Virus record (IMG/VR): IMGVR_UViG_3300044878_000069
Span: 1-30,673 of that record
Direction: 5' to 3' (one strand)
From: a virus
Taxonomy: Duplodnaviria; Caudoviricetes
DNA: 30,673 nt
Below are positions 23,312 through 30,673 of the stretch, piece after piece. Made by a program: the position numbers and the translations under genes. Position 1 is the first letter of the stretch; each line of letters begins with the position of its first letter. The notes below the pieces were generated by a model that was not told the DNA's origin, ran no database searches, and worked only from the letters and a program-made list of their open reading frames with translations.

Positions 23312-26254
23312 TTAGACACCTTGTGACTGCAAGCCGTACTTCTCTTGGTTTACTTGGTGGATTTCTTTTTCGCCGCGAATTTGGGCGACGTAGATGTCGA
23401 CCACGTCCTGCTCGCTGAGCTGGCGACGATTGACCTGGCCCGCCCGACTGGCATCCTCATAAAAGTTCAAGACCATCGGCCGCTCCGGCGCCGGAACGCC
23501 ATTGCTGGCCGCCGTCGACGAACTGCTACCGCTGGACGCTGAGCGACCAGCCGAGACGTTGCCTTTGCGCAGCGCCTCAACCGTGGCCACACCGCCAGCC
23601 TTGCGAATGTCGGATTGCGACCAGACGACTTCGCCTTTATGGACGTCGCCTGCGTACTCGTTCACGCCGCCGGCGCCGGTATAGCCACCATTGGAGAAGC
23701 CGATACCGGCAATCGCCGACACGTTGGCCGCGGTGGCCACGCCGACCACGCCGGCCGCGATGAAGTTGAACGGAGGGGGGAATGCCGCGAGCGCCTTCTG
23801 AATGGCCAGGTAGCCATCGATCGTGGCTTGAGCCATGGCCGCGGCCTTGCCGATTGCGGCCAGCTTGCTGTGCCCGGACTGGCTCAGCGTGGCCATGATC
23901 CCGAAGAAGCTCGACGACTGGTTGATGATCGCCTCGTTCTTCGCCTTGTCGATCTTGGCCCGATTCTCGGATGCCTGTTTTTCGATGTTGGCGACGCGCT
24001 CGGCATGGGTCTCTTCGTTGATCGCCTGGAGGTCGAGATAGGCCTTTTGCTTTTCAAGCTCGGTAGCTCTCCACTGATCCAGCCTGGCCGACGCCTCATT
24101 GAGTCGAGTGATCTCGCTGTCAGCCCCACCGATGGATGGGTCAAGCCCGGTAGCGGTCGGCGCCTTGCTTACCCCCTCAATGGTTCCAGGCTTCTGCGCG
24201 GCATTTAGGTTGATGTCACGGATCTTGATCAGCGTTTCCAGGCGCTTGGCGGCTTCGGTGTTGCCTTGTCGCTCGTACTCCGCCATTTGCGCGGCATCGT
24301 CCAGGCTGGACTTCAGCTGATTGGCCTCGCGCAGCTGACCGGTGAGGGTCAGCAGCTTGACCTGGTCGTCGTTCGCCTGCTTGATGCCCTTCTGAATCTC
24401 GGCCTCACGCTCAAGACCGGCGTTCTTCTTCAGCTGTGCAGTGATCAGATCCTGACTGGCCAGCAAGGACTTCTGGTCGGCGGTGAGCGTTTTCTTGCCC
24501 TTGATATCGGCGAGTTGCTGCTCCCACTTGATCAGCGCCTGCGCTTGGGCACCGAGCTTTTCGGTGGCGATGCCCTGGCCATTGATCGAGGCGAGTTGCT
24601 GAGTGAGCACGGCATTGGTCTGCCGGGCAGAATTCAGCAGCTTCATGCCGGCGTCTTCGGTGTAGGCCTTGGTCGCCGCCGCCTTTGGCTCCTTGAACTT
24701 GTCGCGAATGGCCTTTTCGGACGCCTCGGCGTCGGCCTGGGTGATCGTGTAGCCAGCCGCGCGCGCCGCGTTGATGCGCTGTTGATCTTCGAGCAGGGCC
24801 TTGTTCAGCTTCTGCTCGCGAGTTCCGGCGGCCTCTACGCCCTTCTGGAAGTCCTCATAAGCCTTCTGCCCTTCGCGCTGAATCCTGGCCTTTTCGGCTT
24901 CGGCGTTTCCTTGTTCGGTGAGCAGCAACTTCTGCTTTTCAAGGAGGTTGAGGCGCGTCTGCAGGAACCGGGTCGAATCGCTGTCGGCGCCGAGCGTATC
25001 GGGGAACATTCTTGCCGCGAAGCTGGTCTTGCGATCCTCGAGCAGCTGCTTGGTATTGGCGATCTGCTCGTCGAGCGACTGCTGACGACCGATGCCGAGC
25101 ATGGCATCCCAGCCACTTTTTGCCGCACCAGTGATCGCATTCCAGGCGGTCTCGATGGTGCCAAGGCTCTCCTTGATGGTCTTGGTTCTTTCTGTCAGCG
25201 CCTTCGCGTAGGCATCCTGGGCAATGGCTGCTGCCTGCTCCTTCTCGCCCATTTGTTCGGCCGCACGCACCTGCTCATAAACCGACGCGGTGAGGAAGTT
25301 GTATTTGTCGTTGAGAGTGGATAGCGCCTTGACTGGACTGTCCGCGAGGGAATCAAACTCAGCGACAGTGGCCGACACCGCCTTGCCGGTGACCTGTTCG
25401 AAGCCAATGGCGGCCGTGGCGATCTGTTCGAAGCTGGAGCTGGCGATTTTGCCGTTTGCTGCCATCAAAGCCAGCGTCTCGGCCGCCTTCCCGGTCGTGC
25501 CGACGGTCGCGCTGATGGTGGTTGCCATGCCGGCCAGAGCCAGCGACGAAGTGCCGGAGGCGTTGCCGGTGGTGATGATCGCCTGCCGGAAGGCGTCCGC
25601 CTCTTGAGAGCCCTGATAGTAGGCCAGGCCCAGCGTGCCGACCGCAGCGGCTGCCACGGTGAACGGGTTGACCAGGCCGAGGACGTAGCCGCCCAGAGCC
25701 TTGGCCGCCGGCCCAGCGCCGCCAAACATGTCCTTGAGCTGACCGCCCTGCTGCAGGAACACGGTCAGCGGATTCTGCCCGCCAGCGAGGGAAGTGGCGA
25801 TGTCCGTGAATTGCGCAGGCACACCGCGCAGGGCTGCCGCCGTCTGTTTGGCGGTGTTTCCGGTGCGGGTCAGCGAGTCGTCAAAGCGCGTCAGGCCAGC
25901 ACGGGTAGCGTTGATCTTCGACTGGTATTCGTCATAAGTGGCAGTGTCGAGTTTTCCGGCCTTGCGGTGCCTGGCCAGGTCCTGCTCTTGCTTGTCCAGC
26001 TCGCCAAGGCGACGAGTTACGGGATCAATCGCACCCAGAAGGCGCTCAAGCTCGTCCGCTTCATCCTCGATGGACTTGGTGGCCTTCTCGGCGTCCTTGC
26101 CCATCTTTTCCATGCCGGCGCCGGCCTTGTTCAGTGCCGGCTGGATACTCAGGCCCGCATCTTCCAGCGCCTCCAGAGCCTTGCGCGTGTCCGCCGCCTT
26201 TGCTTCGGCGTCTCGGCTGTCCAGCTCAATGACGAGGCGGGATGTTTGGGCCAT
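23312..26254 (-). CDS. Tail tape measure protein
   Basis: 980 aa, Ala-rich; LRGVPAQFTDI.TSL.GGQ.PLTVFLQQGGQLKDMFGG lambda-type TMP domain; C-terminal GF..GGYTG.GG....G.VH.GE. Confidence 0.95.
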   Translation of the reverse strand: MAQTSRLVIELDSRDAEAKAADTRKALEALEDAGLSIQPALNKAGAGMEKMGKDAEKATKSIEDEADELERLLGAIDPVTRRLGELDKQEQDLARHRKAGKLDTATYDEYQSKINATRAGLTRFDDSLTRTGNTAKQTAAALRGVPAQFTDIATSLAGGQNPLTVFLQQGGQLKDMFGGAGPAAKALGGYVLGLVNPFTVAAAAVGTLGLAYYQGSQEADAFRQAIITTGNASGTSSLALAGMATTISATVGTTGKAAETLALMAANGKIASSSFEQIATAAIGFEQVTGKAVSATVAEFDSLADSPVKALSTLNDKYNFLTASVYEQVRAAEQMGEKEQAAAIAQDAYAKALTERTKTIKESLGTIETAWNAITGAAKSGWDAMLGIGRQQSLDEQIANTKQLLEDRKTSFAARMFPDTLGADSDSTRFLQTRLNLLEKQKLLLTEQGNAEAEKARIQREGQKAYEDFQKGVEAAGTREQKLNKALLEDQQRINAARAAGYTITQADAEASEKAIRDKFKEPKAAATKAYTEDAGMKLLNSARQTNAVLTQQLASINGQGIATEKLGAQAQALIKWEQQLADIKGKKTLTADQKSLLASQDLITAQLKKNAGLEREAEIQKGIKQANDDQVKLLTLTGQLREANQLKSSLDDAAQMAEYERQGNTEAAKRLETLIKIRDINLNAAQKPGTIEGVSKAPTATGLDPSIGGADSEITRLNEASARLDQWRATELEKQKAYLDLQAINEETHAERVANIEKQASENRAKIDKAKNEAIINQSSSFFGIMATLSQSGHSKLAAIGKAAAMAQATIDGYLAIQKALAAFPPPFNFIAAGVVGVATAANVSAIAGIGFSNGGYTGAGGVNEYAGDVHKGEVVWSQSDIRKAGGVATVEALRKGNVSAGRSASSGSSSSTAASNGVPAPERPMVLNFYEDASRAGQVNRRQLSEQDVVDIYVAQIRGEKEIHQVNQEKYGLQSQGV

Positions 26255-26271
26255 TGCCTTTCTCCAGGTAT

Positions 26272-26293
26272 AAAAAAACCCGCCGAAGCGGGT
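26272..26293 (-). terminator. Intrinsic terminator of the lipoprotein moron
   Basis: ACCCGC-TTCG-GCGGGT followed by a T-tract on the - strand. Confidence 0.8.
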
Positions 26294-26311
26294 CTTTGTA
26301 ATGTGTTGACC

Positions 26312-26884
26312 TTATCGAATGCAGGTCTCTATCTCTTCAGCAACAGCGCTCAGCGAGCGCGCAACATCCTCAGACCCTCCGCCCATCATCACGTGCACGG
26401 GACTGTATCCCGCGTTGACCATGGAGCCGGTATCGAGTTGCGCCTGCTGAATGCCGGCGAACAGGTATTTCCGTTCAGGGCCGGAGTTCTTGATCGTCAC
26501 GGTGTAGCGCACGGATCGCGAGACCATGGCGCTGGTGTAGCCGGTCTCGCCCTTTGCCACGACGCTGGACTCGTCAGGCGCCACGTACTGAATGGCGCCT
26601 CCGCCACCGACTTCGCGATTGGTTCCGGCCTGGTAATAGTTTCCGGTGTGCACGCCCAGGAAGGTTCGCGACGAGTCGCTGAGCGATACCGGGTCATTCC
26701 TGACGGCACCTGCTGCGCACGCAGCCATCTTCCCTGGTGCTGCCGGACCTGAGCCGCTTACCTCGAACGACTTGAGGTAATTGCCGTCAAGCCCTGGCTG
26801 GCCGTACTTGTACAGGTTTTGGGTGCCAGAGGCGCACCCGCCCAAAGCGACCAGCACCAACACAACCGCTGCAATTCTGGACAT
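26312..26884 (-). CDS. Lipoprotein moron (possible superinfection exclusion)
   Basis: MSRIAAVVLVLVALGGC signal peptide II with lipobox; RBS GGGAG; own promoter and terminator. Confidence 0.8.
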   Translation of the reverse strand: MSRIAAVVLVLVALGGCASGTQNLYKYGQPGLDGNYLKSFEVSGSGPAAPGKMAACAAGAVRNDPVSLSDSSRTFLGVHTGNYYQAGTNREVGGGGAIQYVAPDESSVVAKGETGYTSAMVSRSVRYTVTIKNSGPERKYLFAGIQQAQLDTGSMVNAGYSPVHVMMGGGSEDVARSLSAVAEEIETCIR

Positions 26885-26911
26885 TCCGTTTCTCCCTTGC
26901 GTGATGCGGGC

Positions 26912-26920
26912 AATATAGCA
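26912..26920 (-). promoter_or_regulatory. Extended -10 promoter TGcTATATT for the lipoprotein moron
   Basis: TGn-TATATT about 28 nt upstream of ATG 26884. Confidence 0.55.
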
Positions 26921-26935
26921 CCGCACGCGCCTGGT

Positions 26936-27262
26936 TCATTCCTCGTCTTCTGCCTTGAGGCATAGCGCATCGAGGGTATAGACCACCTCGTCGATCTCGC
27001 TGCGCGGCATAGCCGGCGGGTGCGCCTCCAGCCAATCCGAGATTTCCCGGGCCGACAGTGGCAGCGGGAAGGCGCCGGCCGCCGACGAGATGAACCGGCG
27101 CCCGCGGGTGATGTTGCGGAACGTGCTCAGCAGATAGTTGGTCATCGGGTCCGTTTCCGGCTCGTCCGGAACCGCCATCTTGAGGCGCTGGTAGATCAGT
27201 CGGCGCTTTTCGGTGTCTCCGCCCCACTCGCGTTCCCACTCGAAGCGGGCAACGACTTTCCC
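26936..27262 (-). CDS. Tail assembly chaperone gpT segment, expressed by -1 frameshift
   Basis: The -1 frame is open from the slippery site (KVVARFEWEREWGGDTEKRRLIYQRLK-MAVPDEP...) to the stop at 26936. Confidence 0.8.
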   Translation of the reverse strand, partial: GKVVARFEWEREWGGDTEKRRLIYQRLKMAVPDEPETDPMTNYLLSTFRNITRGRRFISSAAGAFPLPLSAREISDWLEAHPPAMPRSEIDEVVYTLDALCLKAEDEE

Positions 27263-27666
27263 ACGGTCTCGGCCAAGGCCTTATGTGCCTCCACGGCGGC
27301 TTTCGTTGCCTCGCGCTTGACGAACATGAAGAAGGCGACATTGGAGCTGAGCAGCTGATCGCCTGCCTCCTGACTGTAGGGAAGCGGGTTTCCATCCTCA
27401 TCCAGCACACCAGACCAGTCCTTGAGGATGAACTGGCTGAACAGCTTGCAATGGATATTGTATTCGGTGGCTTCGCCTTCAATGACGCCCACCACGCCGA
27501 CGCCGAACTGGGCGTCGGCATTAGCCTGCTTGCGTCGCTCGCGCTCAATGGCGACCTCGTAAGCCGTGTTATCAATTCGTGCCAGCAGCACCTTAGTATC
27601 GGCGTCGTAGTCGACCCACTTGGTGTCCGAGGTGTTCTGGTCTTTCTTGGTCAATCGCAAAGCCAT
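27196..27666 (-). CDS. Tail assembly chaperone gpG
   Basis: Between tail tube and TMP; ILKDWSGV.DEDG.PLPYS motif; ends just after the slippery GK codons. Confidence 0.85.
   Translation of the reverse strand: MALRLTKKDQNTSDTKWVDYDADTKVLLARIDNTAYEVAIERERRKQANADAQFGVGVVGVIEGEATEYNIHCKLFSQFILKDWSGVLDEDGNPLPYSQEAGDQLLSSNVAFFMFVKREATKAAVEAHKALAETVGKSLPASSGNASGAETPKSAD
27256..27262 (-). promoter_or_regulatory. Programmed -1 frameshift heptamer G GGA AAG
   Basis: Identical to the lambda G-T slippery site and correctly phased (V-G-K). Confidence 0.85.
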
Positions 27667-27687
27667 GGTAAATCCTCACGCCACGCC

Positions 27688-27727
27688 AAAAAGGACCGCC
27701 CCGGCTGGCGTTGGTGCCGGGGCAGTC
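27688..27727 (-). terminator. Terminator-like hairpin after the tail tube gene
   Basis: 12-bp stem GACUGCCCCGGC/GCCGGGGCGGUC (one U-G) followed by CUUUUU. Confidence 0.65.
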
Positions 27728-27744
27728 AAAGGGGCAAATCGGTA

Positions 27745-28905
27745 TTACGAAACGGTGATGGTCGCGGTGCCGAGCTTCGTGCCGTCGTACTTGCTGGTCG
27801 CGGTGATGATCGCCGAGCCGGATGCCACGCCGGTGACCAGGCCAGTCAAGCTGACCGTCGCCTTGCTAGGGGATCCGCTGGTCCAGTTGACGCCTTGCGG
27901 AGCGCCGGCCGGGGCTACGGTCGCGGTCAGCTGCTGAGTGCCAGCCACGGCAATGGTCGCGGTGCCAGGTGCCACGGTGACGCTGGTCGGTGCCACGTAT
28001 GGCGCGCGGGTGATGGTCGGCGCCTGCTTGGCGACGGTGTAGTTCAGCGTCAGCTCGATCAGATCCTTCTTGCCGCCGTTCGGCAGCTCGCCGTCGACTT
28101 CCACCGCCGGGAAACTGAAGGTGTACTTGTTGCCCACGCTGTCGGTGATCGGGAACTCGACCGCAATCGTTTTGCGGGTGAAGGTGTTCTTCCAGATCGA
28201 CCAGGCCTTGGCAGACCAGGCCAGCGTGATGGTGCCGGTGATGGCCGCCTCCGTGGCGATCTGCGCACCCGGGCCCATCTTGTCGGTGCCGATGCAGCGC
28301 TGAGCCTGCAGGCCGTTGTCGAGGCTGATGGTCATGGCCGAGACGCAAGCCTGACCTTCCAGCGACACACCGTCGACCAGGAGCGTGCCGACGTTGCCGT
28401 TGCTCATGAACGGGGTGGTGGTCGGGGCCGCCGGCGCGAGCACGATCGGCGCGTCGCTGTCGGTGTAGTCCAGGCAGGCGGTGCCGAAGGTCACGGTGAC
28501 CTTGCCGTCGCTCGGGATGTCCAGGGCGAACGTCGGGATGTGCACGCCTTTGAACAGGGCGTAGACGCCAACGTCCGTGTAGTTTTTGGCGATGCTGAAG
28601 GTTTTGCGAACGTCGCCCACGGTCAGCACGTTGCTGGTCCAGGCGCCGTAGAACGCGGCCTCCAGCAGCTTGTCGAAGCTGCCATAGGACAGTTCGGCGG
28701 TCAGGTCGCCGCCGATGTCGGTACTGGTCACGACCGAACCCTGGCCGACCCGCGAGTCGGTGATCTCGTCGCTGGTCGCCGTGTTGACGGTCGGGGTCAT
28801 GGCATTGCCGGTCAGCCGTAGCGTGTCCCAGGTGCCGGAGCCGGGAGTAACGCCGGGCGTCACCTCGGGGATGATGTAACTTGTGACTTTGGCGCCGCTC
28901 GACAT
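27745..28905 (-). CDS. Major tail tube protein with C-terminal Ig-like (Big_2) domain
   Basis: MSSGAKV...E.TPG.TP, SDEITDSR; C-terminal VTVAP.TATIAV.GTQQLTATVAP...V.WTS......TV...GLVTGVA.G.A.ITAT. Confidence 0.9.
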   Translation of the reverse strand: MSSGAKVTSYIIPEVTPGVTPGSGTWDTLRLTGNAMTPTVNTATSDEITDSRVGQGSVVTSTDIGGDLTAELSYGSFDKLLEAAFYGAWTSNVLTVGDVRKTFSIAKNYTDVGVYALFKGVHIPTFALDIPSDGKVTVTFGTACLDYTDSDAPIVLAPAAPTTTPFMSNGNVGTLLVDGVSLEGQACVSAMTISLDNGLQAQRCIGTDKMGPGAQIATEAAITGTITLAWSAKAWSIWKNTFTRKTIAVEFPITDSVGNKYTFSFPAVEVDGELPNGGKKDLIELTLNYTVAKQAPTITRAPYVAPTSVTVAPGTATIAVAGTQQLTATVAPAGAPQGVNWTSGSPSKATVSLTGLVTGVASGSAIITATSKYDGTKLGTATITVS

Positions 28906-28930
28906 AGTGAGTCTCCAGATTGCGGACATG

Positions 28931-28953
28931 AAAAAGCCCGCGATCAGCGGGCT
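28931..28953 (-). terminator. Terminator-like hairpin upstream of the tail tube gene
   Basis: AGCCCGC-TGATC-GCGGGCT followed by a T-tract on the - strand. Confidence 0.7.
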
Positions 28954-28975
28954 GTAGTTGGTGCGTTGCGCTGGA

Positions 28976-29368
28976 TCAGCCGGCGCGGAAGCGGATATTC
29001 ACGTTGACCTGATAGAAGCCCTCGAACTCGCCGGCCGGGATCTGGCTCGCCTCCATGCATTCAAGGTCGCCCGATTGCCAGTAGGCAAAGTGCGCTTCGA
29101 GCTGATCCGATAGGGCGTTGAGCGCATTGATGCCGGTGCCGACCCGGGCGAAGCATTGGATGCTGATCTGGCCGGGCTTGCGGGTGTACGGCTTGTCAGC
29201 CATGCCCGCCATGAAGGCCGTGGCGTGCTGGATGTTCAGGCGGCACCAGAGACCGGTAGCCGGCGGCGTGAATGTCGGGGTGTTCGGGTAGTCGATGCTT
29301 GACTGCGGAAGGCCGGCAAAGGCGACCATGCGCGACTTGATCAGCTTTCCAATGTCGTCATAGGTCAT
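28976..29368 (-). CDS. Tail terminator-like protein
   Basis: IDYPN..F.PP..GLWCRL, G.ISIQCF...G.G, FYQVNV.I.FRAG; directly before the tail tube gene. Confidence 0.78.
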   Translation of the reverse strand: MTYDDIGKLIKSRMVAFAGLPQSSIDYPNTPTFTPPATGLWCRLNIQHATAFMAGMADKPYTRKPGQISIQCFARVGTGINALNALSDQLEAHFAYWQSGDLECMEASQIPAGEFEGFYQVNVNIRFRAG

Positions 29369-29919
29369 TATCGGTAGGCCTCTGATACGCCGAGCCAGGC
29401 CAGGTCATAGACGCCGCCCGGGGCCTGGGTCGAATGCCCGAGCTCGAGCATTTCCGCATACGGCAAATTGGTCTGTATGTAGATCACGGGGTAATTCCCT
29501 GACGACTTGATCAGCATTGAGCCCCTGGACAGGGTTTCGCTGCCTGATGGGTCGATGTTTTCCGTCACGGTGAAGTCAGGGGCGCCGATGGATACGGTGT
29601 GACTGCCGCGGAAGCGACCGCCGACATAGCCCTGCCCTGCGGCCTTGGCATCGACAAAGAAGTTCTCCTTGCGCTCACGCTGGGTCAGCTTCTTATTGCC
29701 AAGGGATGCCGCCATCGCGTCATAGGCATCAGCCTGCGCGGTGTTCTGCGCGCGTAGCTCGGTGTTGGCCTTCCACAGGTCCGGGTTACCGACCGGCGAG
29801 CGCTGAATGACCTCGGACAGCATCGCCAGAGCGATTTCCTGAACGTGCTTCGTCACATCCTCGTCAACCTGATCGGCGAAGTCGCGCAAGCTGTGACTCC
29901 ATCCGGCCTTGGCGTTCAT
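29368..29919 (-). CDS. HK97 gp10-like tail completion protein
   Basis: SPV...GRFRG, NLPYA..LE.GHS.QAP.G motifs. Confidence 0.85.
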   Translation of the reverse strand: MNAKAGWSHSLRDFADQVDEDVTKHVQEIALAMLSEVIQRSPVGNPDLWKANTELRAQNTAQADAYDAMAASLGNKKLTQRERKENFFVDAKAAGQGYVGGRFRGSHTVSIGAPDFTVTENIDPSGSETLSRGSMLIKSSGNYPVIYIQTNLPYAEMLELGHSTQAPGGVYDLAWLGVSEAYR

Positions 29920-30306
29920 TTACGGCGCCCTCAGTTGTATCTGGTAGGTAGCTGACGCTGGGTCGACCTTCACACCCTTGACCAAGTAGCTGACGCTCTT
30001 GGCCCGGTCGGCCATGTCCGGCGCCGTGATCGTGTGACCTTCGGCTGGCCGGTCAGTGACTTCATTGGTCAGTGCGATCAGCTTCAGGTCGCCCGACAGG
30101 ATGTTGATGTTGTCGATGCGCTTGGTTTCGTACTCAGCCATCACGCCGCGACCGGTGTAGGTCACAGTGACGGCCGTAGTCGTTTCCTCGACCGGGTCCC
30201 ACACGCCGGGGCCTTGATAGGAGCCGGTGAAAGCCGACACGGCGTCGGCCAGCTTCCCGTCGAAGGCCTTGGCCAGCTTGGCCTGAAGCTTGTCCTGTAG
30301 GCCCAT
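29920..30306 (-). CDS. Head-closure / head-tail joining protein
   Basis: Position and motifs (YTGRGV, I..GD.KL, DPASATY.IQLR); ATG 30306. Confidence 0.72.
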   Translation of the reverse strand: MGLQDKLQAKLAKAFDGKLADAVSAFTGSYQGPGVWDPVEETTTAVTVTYTGRGVMAEYETKRIDNINILSGDLKLIALTNEVTDRPAEGHTITAPDMADRAKSVSYLVKGVKVDPASATYQIQLRAP

Positions 30307-30308
30307 GC

Positions 30309-30673
30309 TCAACCCCTCACCATCGGAATGGAATTGGTGCCGGTGGTCCAGGGGTAGATCAGCGCCAGGGCGAAGTTCTCCCCAGAAGACAGCGCGACAG
30401 AGCCCTGAACGTAGGTTTCGCTGACGGACGTGCCAGAGGTAGCCGATACCGTCTCGCTGGTCGTCTCGCGCTCGGTGGCCTTGTACAGCGCACCCGTCGA
30501 GGCGATCTTTGCAACTTGGGCGCCGGCCTGCTTGATCTCGGCCGGCACTTCGGCGGGGACAGGACGCTTAATCTTGCTGGTCAGCCAGGCGTTGGCCTGC
30601 ATCACAGACATAACCGGATCACCGGCACCCGCCCAGCCCGACCCCAGCAATGCGTCAACGTCTGCAACAGTGA
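30309..30673 (-). CDS. Head-tail adaptor/connector protein (5'-truncated by the window edge)
   Basis: Frame stays open to the window end (TVADVDALLG...ANAWL...VP.EIKQAGA). Confidence 0.7.
   Translation of the reverse strand, partial: TVADVDALLGSGWAGAGDPVMSVMQANAWLTSKIKRPVPAEVPAEIKQAGAQVAKIASTGALYKATERETTSETVSATSGTSVSETYVQGSVALSSGENFALALIYPWTTGTNSIPMVRG

Noticed and set aside
19711-28821. Long + strand ORFs (404, 352, 382, 512 aa) opposite the tail genes
   Set aside because: Antisense shadows of well-supported structural genes.
1-30673. CRISPR array, IS element, rRNA
   Set aside because: No regularly spaced repeats, transposase motifs or rRNA-like sequence seen.

Overview
About 30.7 kb of a lambdoid-type siphophage genome. 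The host is probably Pseudomonas, inferred from ~60% GC by eye, the gene families present, and an Aca1 homologue. The early-left operon (+ strand) meets the late tail/lysis operon (- strand) head-on at ~13.8 kb across an att-like hairpin, so this reads as a free, non-integrated genome. Left part, in order: end of the early-right operon (cro, a small RHH-like gene, hypotheticals, a LexA box); back-to-back PR/PL-like promoters with 17-bp operators but no cI gene between them; then the early-left operon (small hypotheticals, coiled-coil protein, Sak4-like ATPase, SSB-like protein, DEDDh exonuclease, DNA methyltransferase, tyrosine integrase). Directly behind the integrase is the best candidate for a new system: a sigma70-type promoter whose 17-bp spacer is a perfect palindrome, driving an unknown, very acidic 126-aa ORF translationally coupled to a clear Aca1 homologue. 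This is an acr-aca1-type operon with a putative novel anti-CRISPR/anti-defence gene. Right part (- strand): head-tail joining genes, tail tube, G/GT chaperones with a GGGAAAG -1 frameshift, lipoprotein moron, tape measure, tail-tip genes, two tandem Dit-like paralogues, a beta-helix tailspike, a low-GC WzyE-like polysaccharide polymerase moron and a GH19 endolysin. All homology calls come from motifs recognised by eye and from memory, not from database searches.
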